From NCBI GenBank assembly GCA_013239625.1, contig MU054541.1, positions 14,985,530 through 15,049,529 on the forward strand: DNA of 64,000 nucleotides, given 5' to 3'. The notes beneath the pieces are model-generated. The model saw only the letters and a list, made by a program, of their open reading frames with translations. It had not been told where the DNA came from and did not search any database. Below, one piece after another: positions 53,531-64,000 of the stretch. The translations under genes and the position numbers were made by a program. Position 1 is the first letter of the stretch. Each line of letters begins with the position of its first letter. The DNA is from Lama guanicoe (lineage: Eukaryota).

Positions 53531-54745
53531 GATGAAGGCCACCTCCCCCTCGGCTTTATGGGCTTAAGTAATTGTGACTCATTGTGACTTACCCAACAGA
53601 ACATTTTCTTACATAATCCTCTGGCCATTAAGTTGTGGCATCATTTTGAGACCAGTCACTCAGAGCTTCAAGAAGAAGGAATTGAATATATTGGGTAGAC
53701 ATTGTGAGTACTTTTAAGGCCCCAAATTATAGCTTTTTAAACTAGAAATGAAAAGGCCACTGACCACTCCTGTATGTTTTAACTTTTAATAAGGGAAATA
53801 TTGATTGCTATCACCCACACAAGCAAAACCCCTTTGGGGTCCCCCTCCCTTTAAAAAGAAAGAATAAAGGCTTCTGGAGACCAAAAAGTGAGGAGACTGT
53901 GGATTATCCCCAGCCGTGATTGGTGCTCTCCTGCTGTGAGCTCGTCAGGAGCCGCTGGGAGGGACCAGGCACCTGTGTGAGCCCCTGGCTGGACCTGGGT
54001 TCTTGGTCCTTTAACCCAGGAAGCTGTTGGTGACCTGAGGGACTTGGGCCACAGTTAGTGTCCGTCTTTCCCCTTTGGCTTTTGTCTATTGTGTTTGTTA
54101 TTTTTTTCTCCTCTACTTTTTCTTATTTTCTTTTTTGAAATTTTTAGAGTTTTTTCCTTCTTTTTATCTTTCTCATTTTCCTTTGTTCTACTTATTTTTT
54201 CTTTATTCCTTTATTTTTGTTAGGCATTGCATTACATCAGCAGGTTGCTTTGTGTAGTATAGCCATTTTAATTTATTAACTCTTCTCATCCAAGAGCATG
54301 GTATATCTTTCCATTTCTTTACATCATCCTTAATTTCCTTAATCAGTGTTTTATAATTCTCTGTGTGTAAGTTATCCTTTTATTTTCATTATCTCATTTT
54401 TCTTTTTTGTGTGTTTTTCTCAATTTTTAAATTCCCCAATCTTTTTTTTATTCTTTGTCTCTTTTTTTAATTGAAGTATAGTTGATGTACAATATTACAT
54501 AGGTTTCAGCTGTACAACATAATGATTTACAATTTGTAAAGTTTATATTCCATTTATATTTATTATAAAATGTTGGCTATATTCCGTGTTGTACGATATA
54601 CCCTCTTTGCCTCATTTTTTATTTTCCTTTTTCTTCTTCTCATTTTTCCTTTTTTAACCTGTTAGAATAGTTAGTATTGTTTCTTATTATTATTAGTATC
54701 ATCACTTAGCATTATTAGTATTGTCTGTATAGTTAGCAGGTCACC

Positions 54746-55840
54746 ATGCTGCAGGGCCTCATGGCCACTCTGCTGACCAGGAGACCCATATTGATAATGA
54801 CTAGCTCCCCAGACTATTGGCCAGGGCAGCTTCACAGAGGCATAGTTGGCCCAGCACGTCCTGATGGGACAGGTGGCCGTGAAGGTCATTAACAAGATCA
54901 GCAGAGATCCTCCAGCCTCCAGAGGCTATGCCTTGAAGTTCAGAGCATGAGGCCTTGAATCACGCCAATATCCTGAAACTATTCAAGGTGACTGAGACCC
55001 AGGAAATGCTCTTCCTGGTCGTGGAATATGCCAGTGCAGGAGAGATGTCTGACTGCCTGCTGGACCACAGCGACCTGGAAGAGAAAGAAGCTTTGGCAGA
55101 TTCCTCCAGGTGGCATCTGCTGTGAGGACAGGTGTGCAGCCACCAGGAGGGCGTTGTCCACGGGACCTAAAGCCAGAGGGCCTGCTTTTGAATGTTGACC
55201 GGAATGTCAAGGTTGCAGACTCTGGTTTCAGACATGGGTTCACTATGGCAACCAGCTAGACACCTTCTGTGGCAGCCCCCCTGTGCTGCCTGACCAGTCC
55301 AGAGCCAAAGGTCGGATGACACCATGAGGGATGTGTGGAGGTGCGGGTCCCCTGCCTTGTAATGGACAAAACTTCAAAGGCTGCGACAGTGGATACTGAG
55401 AAGAACAGGCCGTATTCCCATTTATCTGCCTGTGGAATGTGAAAAACCTACTTGAGAAATTCCCGTGACGGATGTATTAACTAGATGGGGGAGTCCTTTT
55501 ACAATGTGTGCATCTATCAAATCATCACACTGTACACTTTAAATCTCTTACAATTTTTTATGTTCATTATACCTCAATAAAGATGAAATTTAAAAAAAAT
55601 AACATTAAAAACTTCCTGACCCTGCACCCCAGTGAGAGAGGCATGTTAGAGGAAATCACAGGGACCCGTGGATAAACAGGGGGGTCTGAGGGGAGACCTT
55701 ACATGGAGACACGCCCCGACCACAAGCACCTGGTGGACTGAGACAGTGCTGTGCATGGGCTGCAAGTGGGAAGATGTCCAGGACTCGCTGATGGGTCATC
55801 ACATGACGAAGTGATGGCCACCTGTGGGCTCCCGGGCTAC
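54746..55840 (+). pseudogene. Intronless MARK/Par-1-like (MARK2-like/sperm-motility-kinase-like) Ser/Thr kinase pseudogene, kinase + UBA domain
   Basis: Fragments in shifting frames: SADQETHIDND*LPQTIGQGSFTEA*LAQHVLMGQVAVKVINK; LNHANILKLF; LFLVVEYASAGE; DLKPE; VKVADSGF; LDTFCGSPP; FLTLHPSERGMLEEI..DPWIN; UBA-like MGCKWEDVQDSL..DEVMAT. Multiple stops and frameshifts, no introns. Confidence 0.9.
55465..55605 (+). mobile_element. Short L1 3' tail inserted inside the kinase pseudogene
   Basis: atcaaatcatcacactgtacactttaaat...tatacctcaataaag plus an A-tail. Flanks gagaaattcc / aaaaacttcc look like a decayed TSD. Confidence 0.75.
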
Positions 55841-56299
55841 GGGACAGCCCAGCGGGAGGGCTGCACCATCACCATGAAGCCCCTGCCCTCGGCCGACCCC
55901 ACCCCCAGCTCCAGTCCTGCCCCATCCCGTGAGCTTGTGCTCTAAACCTCAGCTCTGCAGCCTCCCGGGGCTCAGGTCTGTGGCCTCAGGTGTCCTGATT
56001 TGAGTTTGTGACGCTGTGTCTCTTAAGTGGACCGTTCAGTCGTGGGAGAGATGAGACAACTGGCCACATTGTGCAGGACTTTTCCAAGCTCCTTGTGAAT
56101 TAACTTGTCTGCAGCCCCCTGAAATCCTCTGCACAAGCAGGACACAGTCCTGAGCACAATTCTACCTCGAAGACATGAAAGAAAGATGGAGCTGTCCAGA
56201 GTGCTGGAAATGCTGGGCGTGGATGGAACCCTGTTCAGCCTGAGGGAAGATGCCTTGCAGGCCTTGGGCACACACATGGGCCCCTGGGATTACAGCTTT

Positions 56300-56840
56300 A
56301 GGAGGAGTCTGCTCCCTGGGGGAATCCCAGTTGCCTCCTGCCTCTCCAGGGGGCTCTCCAAGAAGGCAAGTGAGTCTGACCCACGCTGCTTTCAAATTAC
56401 TGCCTCTGCACTAGGATTTGGAGCATGTAAGATTTTGCACATACTCTTTAAGAGGGGGGTCTCTGTTTCCTACAGCCGGCTCGCTCTCCTGAACATAAGC
56501 CCCACTGATTATCAAGACCAGATGTTCTGGGGGGATCATCTTCCCCATGTAGGAACCCCAGGCTGGGAAGCCTGATATGGGCCTTGGACCCCTCACTCCT
56601 TGGGGAAACCCTCTACAATCATGATTAGCCTCCCATTTGTGGGTCACCGAACTGCGGGCCTAGGGCCAACTATCCTGTGTCTCCACTTCTACTATCCATC
56701 TGACCGTGGTTCATTAGTTGTGGAAAATCTTGTCTGTTAGCTTTCAGGTCATTCTCACAGACAGTTGCTCTGTAAGCAGTTGAAATTTGGGTGTGTCCAT
56801 GGAGGAGGTGAGTGTCTTCCTACTCAGCCATCTTGGCCAC
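56300..56840 (-). mobile_element. L1 5'UTR (promoter end), antisense
   Basis: Ends in gccatcttggcc (CAAGATGGC YY1-type L1 start on -); tttcaaattactgcctctgcact, gtctctgtttcctacagcc and ggacccctcactccttgggga. Confidence 0.7.
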
Positions 56841-58317
56841 CCTCTCTGATAGATGTTTTAAAATCTGTTTTTTTTCCCCCTCCATCAAAGGGCAGAGGAA
56901 TTGCTGACATTCTGTGTGCCAGAGCACTTGAAGCAAATCTGCTTCCAGCTTTAATACCTCAACTAAAGCAATTGCCAGAGTGATGCGTTGTTAATTTTGC
57001 CCCCTGATACCAAATGCCCCTGGTGGGTCTGCCAAGTGTTGCCTCCTTTGCTGTCCAGCAGGGCACAGGGACTCGAAGGACCCCCACTGCTCTGCCTGCC
57101 TCCCCGGCAGGGGCTGCTCTCCGCTGTGTCCATGCTCCCAGCTCCAGGAGCACAAGGAGCACTCGGCTGCTGAAGAGCAGGCGCCACAAGCGTCTCTGCT
57201 GACTTATCGTCGGAGAGGGACCTCCTTACAGCTCAAGGAACAGGTTCTAAGAAACAATTCAGTGTCAGGGAGAACTGTTTTGCATACATGTTTAGACTAA
57301 TCATGAAAAAAACGTTCACTTGCTTAGGAAGGTGCCATGATTTATGCTTTGTGATAAATTTGTTTAAATGATTGCCTTTCTTGATTATCGAGCACTATGA
57401 GCAAGGCTGAAAAGAGAAGTGACCAGATATTTCCAATATATGCAATATGTGTGATGCACAAATTAGTAAGAGAACAATCAATACTCTAATATGAATATAT
57501 CAAGAATAGTCATTTTTTTAAAAAAGAAATTTTAAAATCTAATTAAAATATGAAAAGATTTTAAACATCACTAATAAGAAATACATATAAAAGCATACCT
57601 TTTAAAGCATCAGCTTGGCAGTGATGAAAAAACTCAGAATACTTAGCATCAGGGAAGGCTGGAAATGTGCCTTCTTACCATCAGTGGAAATATTCACAGG
57701 TACATTTTTGTAGGGCTACTTGGCAATATATTGTGACAGCTTAGAAGACGCACATGCTTTTTTGACATGACAGGTATTTCATCCAGGATGGCTCAGTATG
57801 GCAGTATGTAGTTCCTCAGACCATCAGTGGGGAGCTTGCTCTGCCCGGTCCCTCTGAGCTGTAACTCACTGGATTCAGGGTTTACACTGAGCCCCAGGGG
57901 AAGCCCAAGTTACTGTGCTGGTGACTGAGAGGACACTTGTTCTGGACAGAACAATCACAGATCTTAGAGCAGGGACACTGACGTTGTCAGGAGGAACACT
58001 GTTCATTCCTGTCGTGAGCATCTGCGCAGGGCCGTCCCGGCAACCCTGCAGATGAAGCCTCGCCCACGTGGCTCCCTCCCCGGGGCTCAAATGGGCTTTG
58101 AGGTCCTGCCGCAGGTCCTTACCCAGGACAGTCCTGTTTCCCCACCCTGCTGGCACCAGCGGGGGCTAGACACCGGCTGGGCCTGGGGCCGTGAGGACAC
58201 AGCCAGGGTCCTCCTCTTCTCACTCCTTTACCACCTTGTTAAAGCTTTGAGTTCCAGGGATGGCAGCCCGTCACCCAACTCCCTTTAGGAACCTGGGCCA
58301 CGTGGGAGACCCCGTGT

Positions 58318-58334
58318 GTGCCCCCTGGTGGCGG
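58318..58334 (-). promoter_or_regulatory. CTCF-like motif
   Basis: Reverse complement CCGCCACCAGGGGGCAC matches the CTCF core CCACCAGGGGGC(G/A)C. Confidence 0.55.
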
Positions 58335-58949
58335 TGTCTGCTCTGTCATCGTGACTGTGTCTCCACAGGCAGTGCCGTCAGGTGCTCAGAGTGGTGAATG
58401 GTGAGCGTGGGCAGTGCCCAAGGATTGTGGTGTGGAGTGTGCTTTCAAGAGGCAGCATTTGGAAGAGGAAACTTATTTACATACTTTGCATTGATTTACA
58501 TATCCTCCTCTGACAGCTCAGTCCAAATACTTTCCTAGGAATTCAGCTATTAGGTGCAGCCACACTGCACTGTTCTATGTAAAAACATAACAGTAAACCA
58601 GCTCAAGCTGTCACAACCGCAGCCACCAGGAGCTGCTCCTCAGCCCGTTTCTTATGCTGGAGCAAAATCTCAGTCACTCTCTAGGGAAACTGTGCCTTTC
58701 TAACCCACCCTGGAAAGTCAAGGAAGGAAAGGAAACCATTTCTTTACTGTCTTTCATCTACCAGGCACTGTGCTGGTCCTGCAGTCGGTTCGCTTTTTTG
58801 TCTATTATTTAATATGAAAATCTGGTTTGTGTAGTTGGTTGGTGAAGAGAACACACAGGAAGAGTCATGCTGATTGTAAAGTCTGCTCATAATGTCTGCA
58901 GTGCACAACCTGCACCACTGTGCTGCAGCTCTGAGCTGGCCTGAAACTG

Positions 58950-59527
58950 CAGACAGTACTGAACCCTGTATATACCGTGCTTTTTCCTATACATACATAC
59001 CTGATAAAGTTCAATTTTTAAATGTGGCACAGTAATAGATTAACAACAATAACAATAAAATAGAACAATTATAACAATAGACTATAATAAATTATGTGGC
59101 TGTGGACTCTCAACATATTTTATCGTACTGCACTCACCTTTCGTCTTATGATGATGTGGGATGATACAGTGTCTGTGTGATGAGATGACAGGTGAGTGAC
59201 GTAGGCATTGTGATGTGGCATTGGGCTACTACGGACCTTCTGAGCAGATGCTGGAAGGAGGACCACCTGCCTGGGTGACCGCAGATTGTCACCCACGGTG
59301 AAGTCGATGGCTGGATGTCAGGAGTAGACAATGTTGACGTTTGGGGGACCCGGCGGGACAGAGCAGGACAGGGGAGATTTCATCACGTTACCCAGAGTGG
59401 CCCACGGTTTAAAACTTAGGCCTTTGCTATTTCTGGGATTTTTCATTTACTATTTTTGGGCCATAGGTTGGCCACGGTTAACTGAAACCGCAGAAGGGGA
59501 AACCTCAGCTAAGGGGGGACTGCTGTA
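58950..59527 (-). mobile_element. MER44/Tigger7-like Tc1-mariner element
   Basis: ttttcctatacatacatacctgataaagtt...agatttcatcacg...taactgaaaccgcaga...taaggggggactgctgta. Confidence 0.8.
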
Positions 59528-59569
59528 CCATTCTCCAAGAAAAGGAGCCAGGGCTTTTTGGAGAAAAGG

Positions 59570-61105
59570 CTAATTCTGGGGCTGAAGTGGAAGGCACAAG
59601 GTGAGCCTGGGGTATCTCATAGTGCCAGAAAGGAAAAACGTGCTTTAAAAACAAAAAAGTATGGACCATGTCAAAAAGAGCTGACCTGAAAGAGCTCCCA
59701 GTGGCTCAAGCTGGAACAATGCAAGCAACAAAGTAAGTAATGATAGCCCTGGATTATTACCCAGAGGATAGAATCATCATAGGACGCTCCAGTAAGAATC
59801 ACCGTAGGCAAGATTCAGTTCTAAATGCAAAAACTGTGAGTGAAACTTAAAGGAGACACAATATATTGCCTAGCCTCAAATATCTCCCTTCAAATACTTA
59901 TTAATAACTTGTTTCTCTTAATTACTTTGACAGACCTATGAGTATTTTTTGTAATTTTTTATTGAAGTATAATCAGTTACAATGTGTCAGTGTACAGCAA
60001 AATGTCCCAGTCATGCATTTATATACACATATATTCATCCTCATATTCTTTTTCATTAAAGACTTATGAGTATTTCAAGCAAAAATGTTAACATTGTTTT
60101 GCAGGGTTTATAGCATGGAGATGTAAGATGTGTGATGACAGTAGCTCACAGGATAGAAAGAGGGCAATGGGGCTGCTCTGTAACAAGGTGCTTGTTTTGC
60201 ACATGTATTCAGAGAGTCTGCTCTCAGCCCCAAGCAGATCTAGGCACGTGATCAGTGCTCACTGTAATCCCTGGAGTGACCGCTCAAACAAGGGAAAGAG
60301 GTGTGGCTTAAATGCTGATAAAGGGATGAACAGAACACAAAAAGTATTTGTGTAAGAAGTTCATAGACCCCTTTAGCCAGAGCAGCCAAAACCAGAAAAT
60401 AACTCAAGTATCTGTCGATAGGAAAATGGATGAACAAACGGTGGCATGTCTATACAACAGAACCCAACCCGGAATACAGAGGCGCGCACTGTGGGCGCCC
60501 GCGTCCCGAGTGGACCTCACATCCGCGCCGCCGAGAGCCCGGGCTGGAGGGCGCACAGGAGTGGTGGCCGGTGGGGGAGGAGGGAACTGCCTGGGAATGA
60601 GCCTGGGGGGATTTTCTGGAGGTGATGGACACACTCTGCTCGTCAAAAGGGGCGAGGTACGCACGGGTGTGTGTACTTCTCACAGCCTTGGTGCCTTTCA
60701 ATGTGTGTACCTCTAAAATGAAAAAAAAAAAACAACTGAAAAAGAAAAGCGAGGGGTGGGTCGTCGCTGGCGGTATCAGTGAAACAAAAATGGCAGATAG
60801 TTAGTAGTCCCCGAAGCTGGGTGACAGACCTGAGATGGCATTTTGTTATTTTGTAAATGCTTACAATTTTCTGTAATAAAATGCTTTTATGAAAAGACAA
60901 AATTGGTCCACAGTGTCAGCCACAGAGATGCTGGTTGCCTTGTAGAGGAAGAAAGTGATGTCTGGGGTGGGGGGTGGACCACACGAAGCTGGTGTAGCTC
61001 CTGGCTACACAGGTGTGTTCGCTCCACAATAATACATCCTAAGTGATTCCAGCATGTACTTCTGTATGCATGTTATACGTCAATAAAAATTTAAATGTTA
61101 CAATA
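59570..61105 (+). mobile_element. Mixed old L1M 3' fragments
   Basis: gaaagagctcccagtggc; agcagccaaaaccagaaaataactcaagtatctgtcgataggaaaatggatgaacaaac; atgttatacgtcaataaaaa. Confidence 0.6.
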
Positions 61106-61561
61106 TTTACAGGAAAAGTCCTGACTCAATATGTAACAGCAGCATTTTGTTTTGTTTTCTTTTGATGTGGGACAGGTTCATTCATCGTGTCATCAGATGG
61201 ATTTTAAAATTCCAAAGTATTAGCGTCCTAACCCCTTAGACCTTTTCAATTTTTGCTTTAATTTGGTAGGTGGCGTGGTTTTTGTTTTTTAATGATGCGA
61301 TACTTTCTCCAGAAACGTCTTCCCCATGTGGTGCGCACACCAGGACCACAGCTCGTAGCATAGCGCCCTGTGCACAGTGTGCACTCAGAACCCGCGGAAC
61401 TGGGTTGAATCGGGAGTAAAATGAGGAGAAAGGGTCCGTTCGTGCCCAGGATGGCAAGGAGGCAGCGCAGGAGAGGCTGAAAGGCTAAGATCCAGCAGCA
61501 AACGCGCTGACATCTGCTTGATAAACCGTTTGCAACTAGTTCACCAAAAGACGTTGGTTTA

Positions 61562-61750
61562 AAGTGATGGTTTTCAGCCTTGGCTGGGCACCGTAGTCAC
61601 CTGGAGAGCCATCAGAAATACCGATGCCCAGGCCCCACTCCAGGGATTCTGATTTAATTGGTCTGTTGCAATTCACAACTTAAGAGAATTTTTAAAAGGC
61701 CCCCCCATCCAGTGGTTGTAATGTGTAGCCAGTGGGGAGAACCACTGACT
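61562..61750. mobile_element. MER5A/B-like element
   Basis: ttttcagccttggctg...tcacctggagagc...gatgcccaggccccactccagggattctgatttaattggtctg...gagaaccactg. Confidence 0.75.
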
Positions 61751-62825
61751 CAGGGACTGGCTGCAAGTGACTTCTGTGTGTGCCACGGGGTCTCCAGGAA
61801 CAGCTTTGCCTTGTTAAAAGCAAAGGACAATTTCTTGCACAGCCGTTTGGCTAAACTGCAGCAGGGGGAAATGTCTTCTCAGCAGACCCCACCTTTATAT
61901 CACTTGCTTTCAGACTAAGGGGCTGTTTCAGATGCGGTAGTTTGGTTTAGTCCGTGCTGAAAATCATACGTAGCCTACAAGTACCAAAAAAAGAGGAAAA
62001 GAATCTGCAAACATGTGGAGTGCATTATGTATGTTTTCAAATTCCTGCTGTGATTAGAAATGAAAATTCTACTGCTGGAGGCTTGATTTCCTCAACTCAG
62101 CCATCTCCCCAAGTTACTTCAAGTCTTTCCAGGAGACTTCAGCATTCTCTCAAGGGGATTGTTTCCGATGGTGAGGAGTATTAGACAGACTGAAGCCTCG
62201 AAGGAGGCTGCTCTTGCTGCAGAAGTGGCTCCAGAACCTGGGATGACCAGGGAGGCGGCGGGTGGCTCCGACGGCAGGCAGAGCTGATTCTGAGTGTCGG
62301 CCCAGCCGCTAAGTAGCTATGGGGCTTTGGACAAGTTACTGGACTTGGAACAGTTATACGAACTCATCTTCAAGAGAAAGCATCATGATACTGATTGCAC
62401 AAACAGCAGTGATTCTTCTTTCTCTCTCTTTTTTAATTGAAGTATAATCGGTTTACAATATTGTGTTAATTTCTGGTGTAAGTCAACTATACTTCAATTA
62501 AGAAATAAATTAAACATATAACAGGCACTTAAGAGGTTATTGATTGAATAAATGAATCCTCCCAATGGGCATGAAGGTGAAGTACACGGAGGTTCCACGC
62601 GTGCTCTGTGGATAGATGTACTTGGCGCCACCTGTCCACCCACCCCTGCCTGGAGCTAGCTCCCCGCTCCAGCTTCTGGAGAATTCGGGGATTTAGCTCA
62701 CCTGGTGTTCTTACCTCATCACCTTCAGAGACTAATATGTACTTAATATTTTTCATTTCCTTCTAATTAAGCTATTTCCCCTCAAATATCAACATTCAAG
62801 ATAAAAAAAATTTTAAATTATTATG

Positions 62826-63190
62826 CCAGCCATAAAAAATGAAGGACTAGCCGTGCTACAACTTGGATGAACCTTAAAAACATGCCGAGTAAAAGAAGTC
62901 AGTCATCAAAGTCAAAGTATTGTATGATTCCATTTATATGAACCATGCAGAAAAGAAATCTATAGAGACAGAAAGTAGATTAGTGGCTGCTTAGGGCCGG
63001 GGGAGAAGGGCGAGGAAGACAGGAGGGTGATAGCCAAAGGGTGTCTCTTTCTGAAGTGATGAAAATGTTCTAACATTGACCGTGGTGTTGGTTGCACATA
63101 TCTGTGAATGTACTAAAAACCATTCAGTTGTACACTTTACATGAGTGAGTTGTATAGTATATGAATTGTATCTCAATGAAACTGTTTAAA
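62826..63190 (+). mobile_element. L1MB-like 3' end
   Basis: ggatgaaccttaaaaacatg...ttgtatgattccatttatatga...atagagacagaaagtagattagtggctgc...gtgatgaaaatgttcta. Confidence 0.8.
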
Positions 63191-64000
63191 AACTTTAAAA
63201 ATTATGATGCACTATTTTATACATTCAAAATAATATATGGTATACAGAAAGATAAAATTAACAGCCCTTACCTGTCATCTGCTTAGTGAATAAAACTATG
63301 CCACCACCTTGGAAGCCATCTACATGGCCCTCCCCAAACACAATACTTCACTCCCCTCCCAGAAGAAACCTTCATCTGCAGTTTTAAAAAATGTTGTTCA
63401 TTTGACTTTCATTACAGTTACTAGGTGTGTCTGTCTGAATAATATATTGTTTAACTTTGTCTAAGTTTTTATACTTTCTATAAATGTATGTGCTATGTCT
63501 ACCTATGTAACTCGGATTCTCATTCAACATTGTATTTTTTGAGAGCCGTTCTCATTTCAGAGAGTTTATTTGCCATGTATTGTTCACTAATTAGCCTCTA
63601 AGTTGAAGACACTAAAACCTACCTCAGAGAGGAATCTCGTGGGTGATGAATATAACATGTCTAGTGCAACGCCTTATTCATCATCGGTGTCAATGTGACA
63701 TGTAGTACTACACACAGTATCATTACATAATTATTAATAATTGCATCAGTATCATAGCGACCCCTTTTTCTGTGAATGTATGATTTCATCAACTGCATTA
63801 TGGATGAACAGTTTTCAAACTGTGGTAAAATCCAAGTTATGCAGAAATGCCTCCTAGATATTTGAAGTTTCTTGACAGCTATGATTTAAATTTTTTACAT
63901 ACCGATTTACTTCTAAACATATTTTTAAGTTTAAGCCAACTAAAAATGAGTGTTATAAAAAATTTCAACCATTTCCAAATACTCTGCCAAATTTGTTTGT

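Noticed and set aside
57000-64000. Possible RPP40 exons expected from synteny
   Set aside because: No RPP40-like coding sequence was recognised; the gene should lie beyond the window end.

Overview
This is mammalian genomic DNA, very probably camelid (alpaca or camel), judging from the tRNA-Ala-like SINEs with a TAAACCTAATTACC-type tail. It is syntenic with the human RPP40-PPP1R3G-LYRM4 locus. Two genuine coding features are present: the terminal coding exon of LYRM4/ISD11 (12049-12117, +; missed by the ORF track) and the intronless PPP1R3G gene (27071-28114, -) inside a large CpG island, facing LYRM4 tail-to-tail. Upstream of PPP1R3G is a repeat-rich intergenic region. It holds a decayed, intronless MARK-like kinase pseudogene (kinase plus UBA domain) split by an L1 tail, and a degenerate class I ERV (LTR, tRNA-Ile PBS, gag and pro remnants). 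It also holds nested LTR/SINE/DNA-transposon stacks, many L1 fragments, an orphan CpG island and two N-gaps. I found no convincing novel multi-gene system. The most interesting signals are localized AT-to-GC-shifted repeats (candidate GC-biased gene conversion footprints), splice donors flanking the PPP1R3G promoter on both strands, an unexplained 341-codon ORF upstream of PPP1R3G, and an LTR-borne CTCF-like motif. Repeat family names come from recalled consensus sequences, and their boundaries are approximate.
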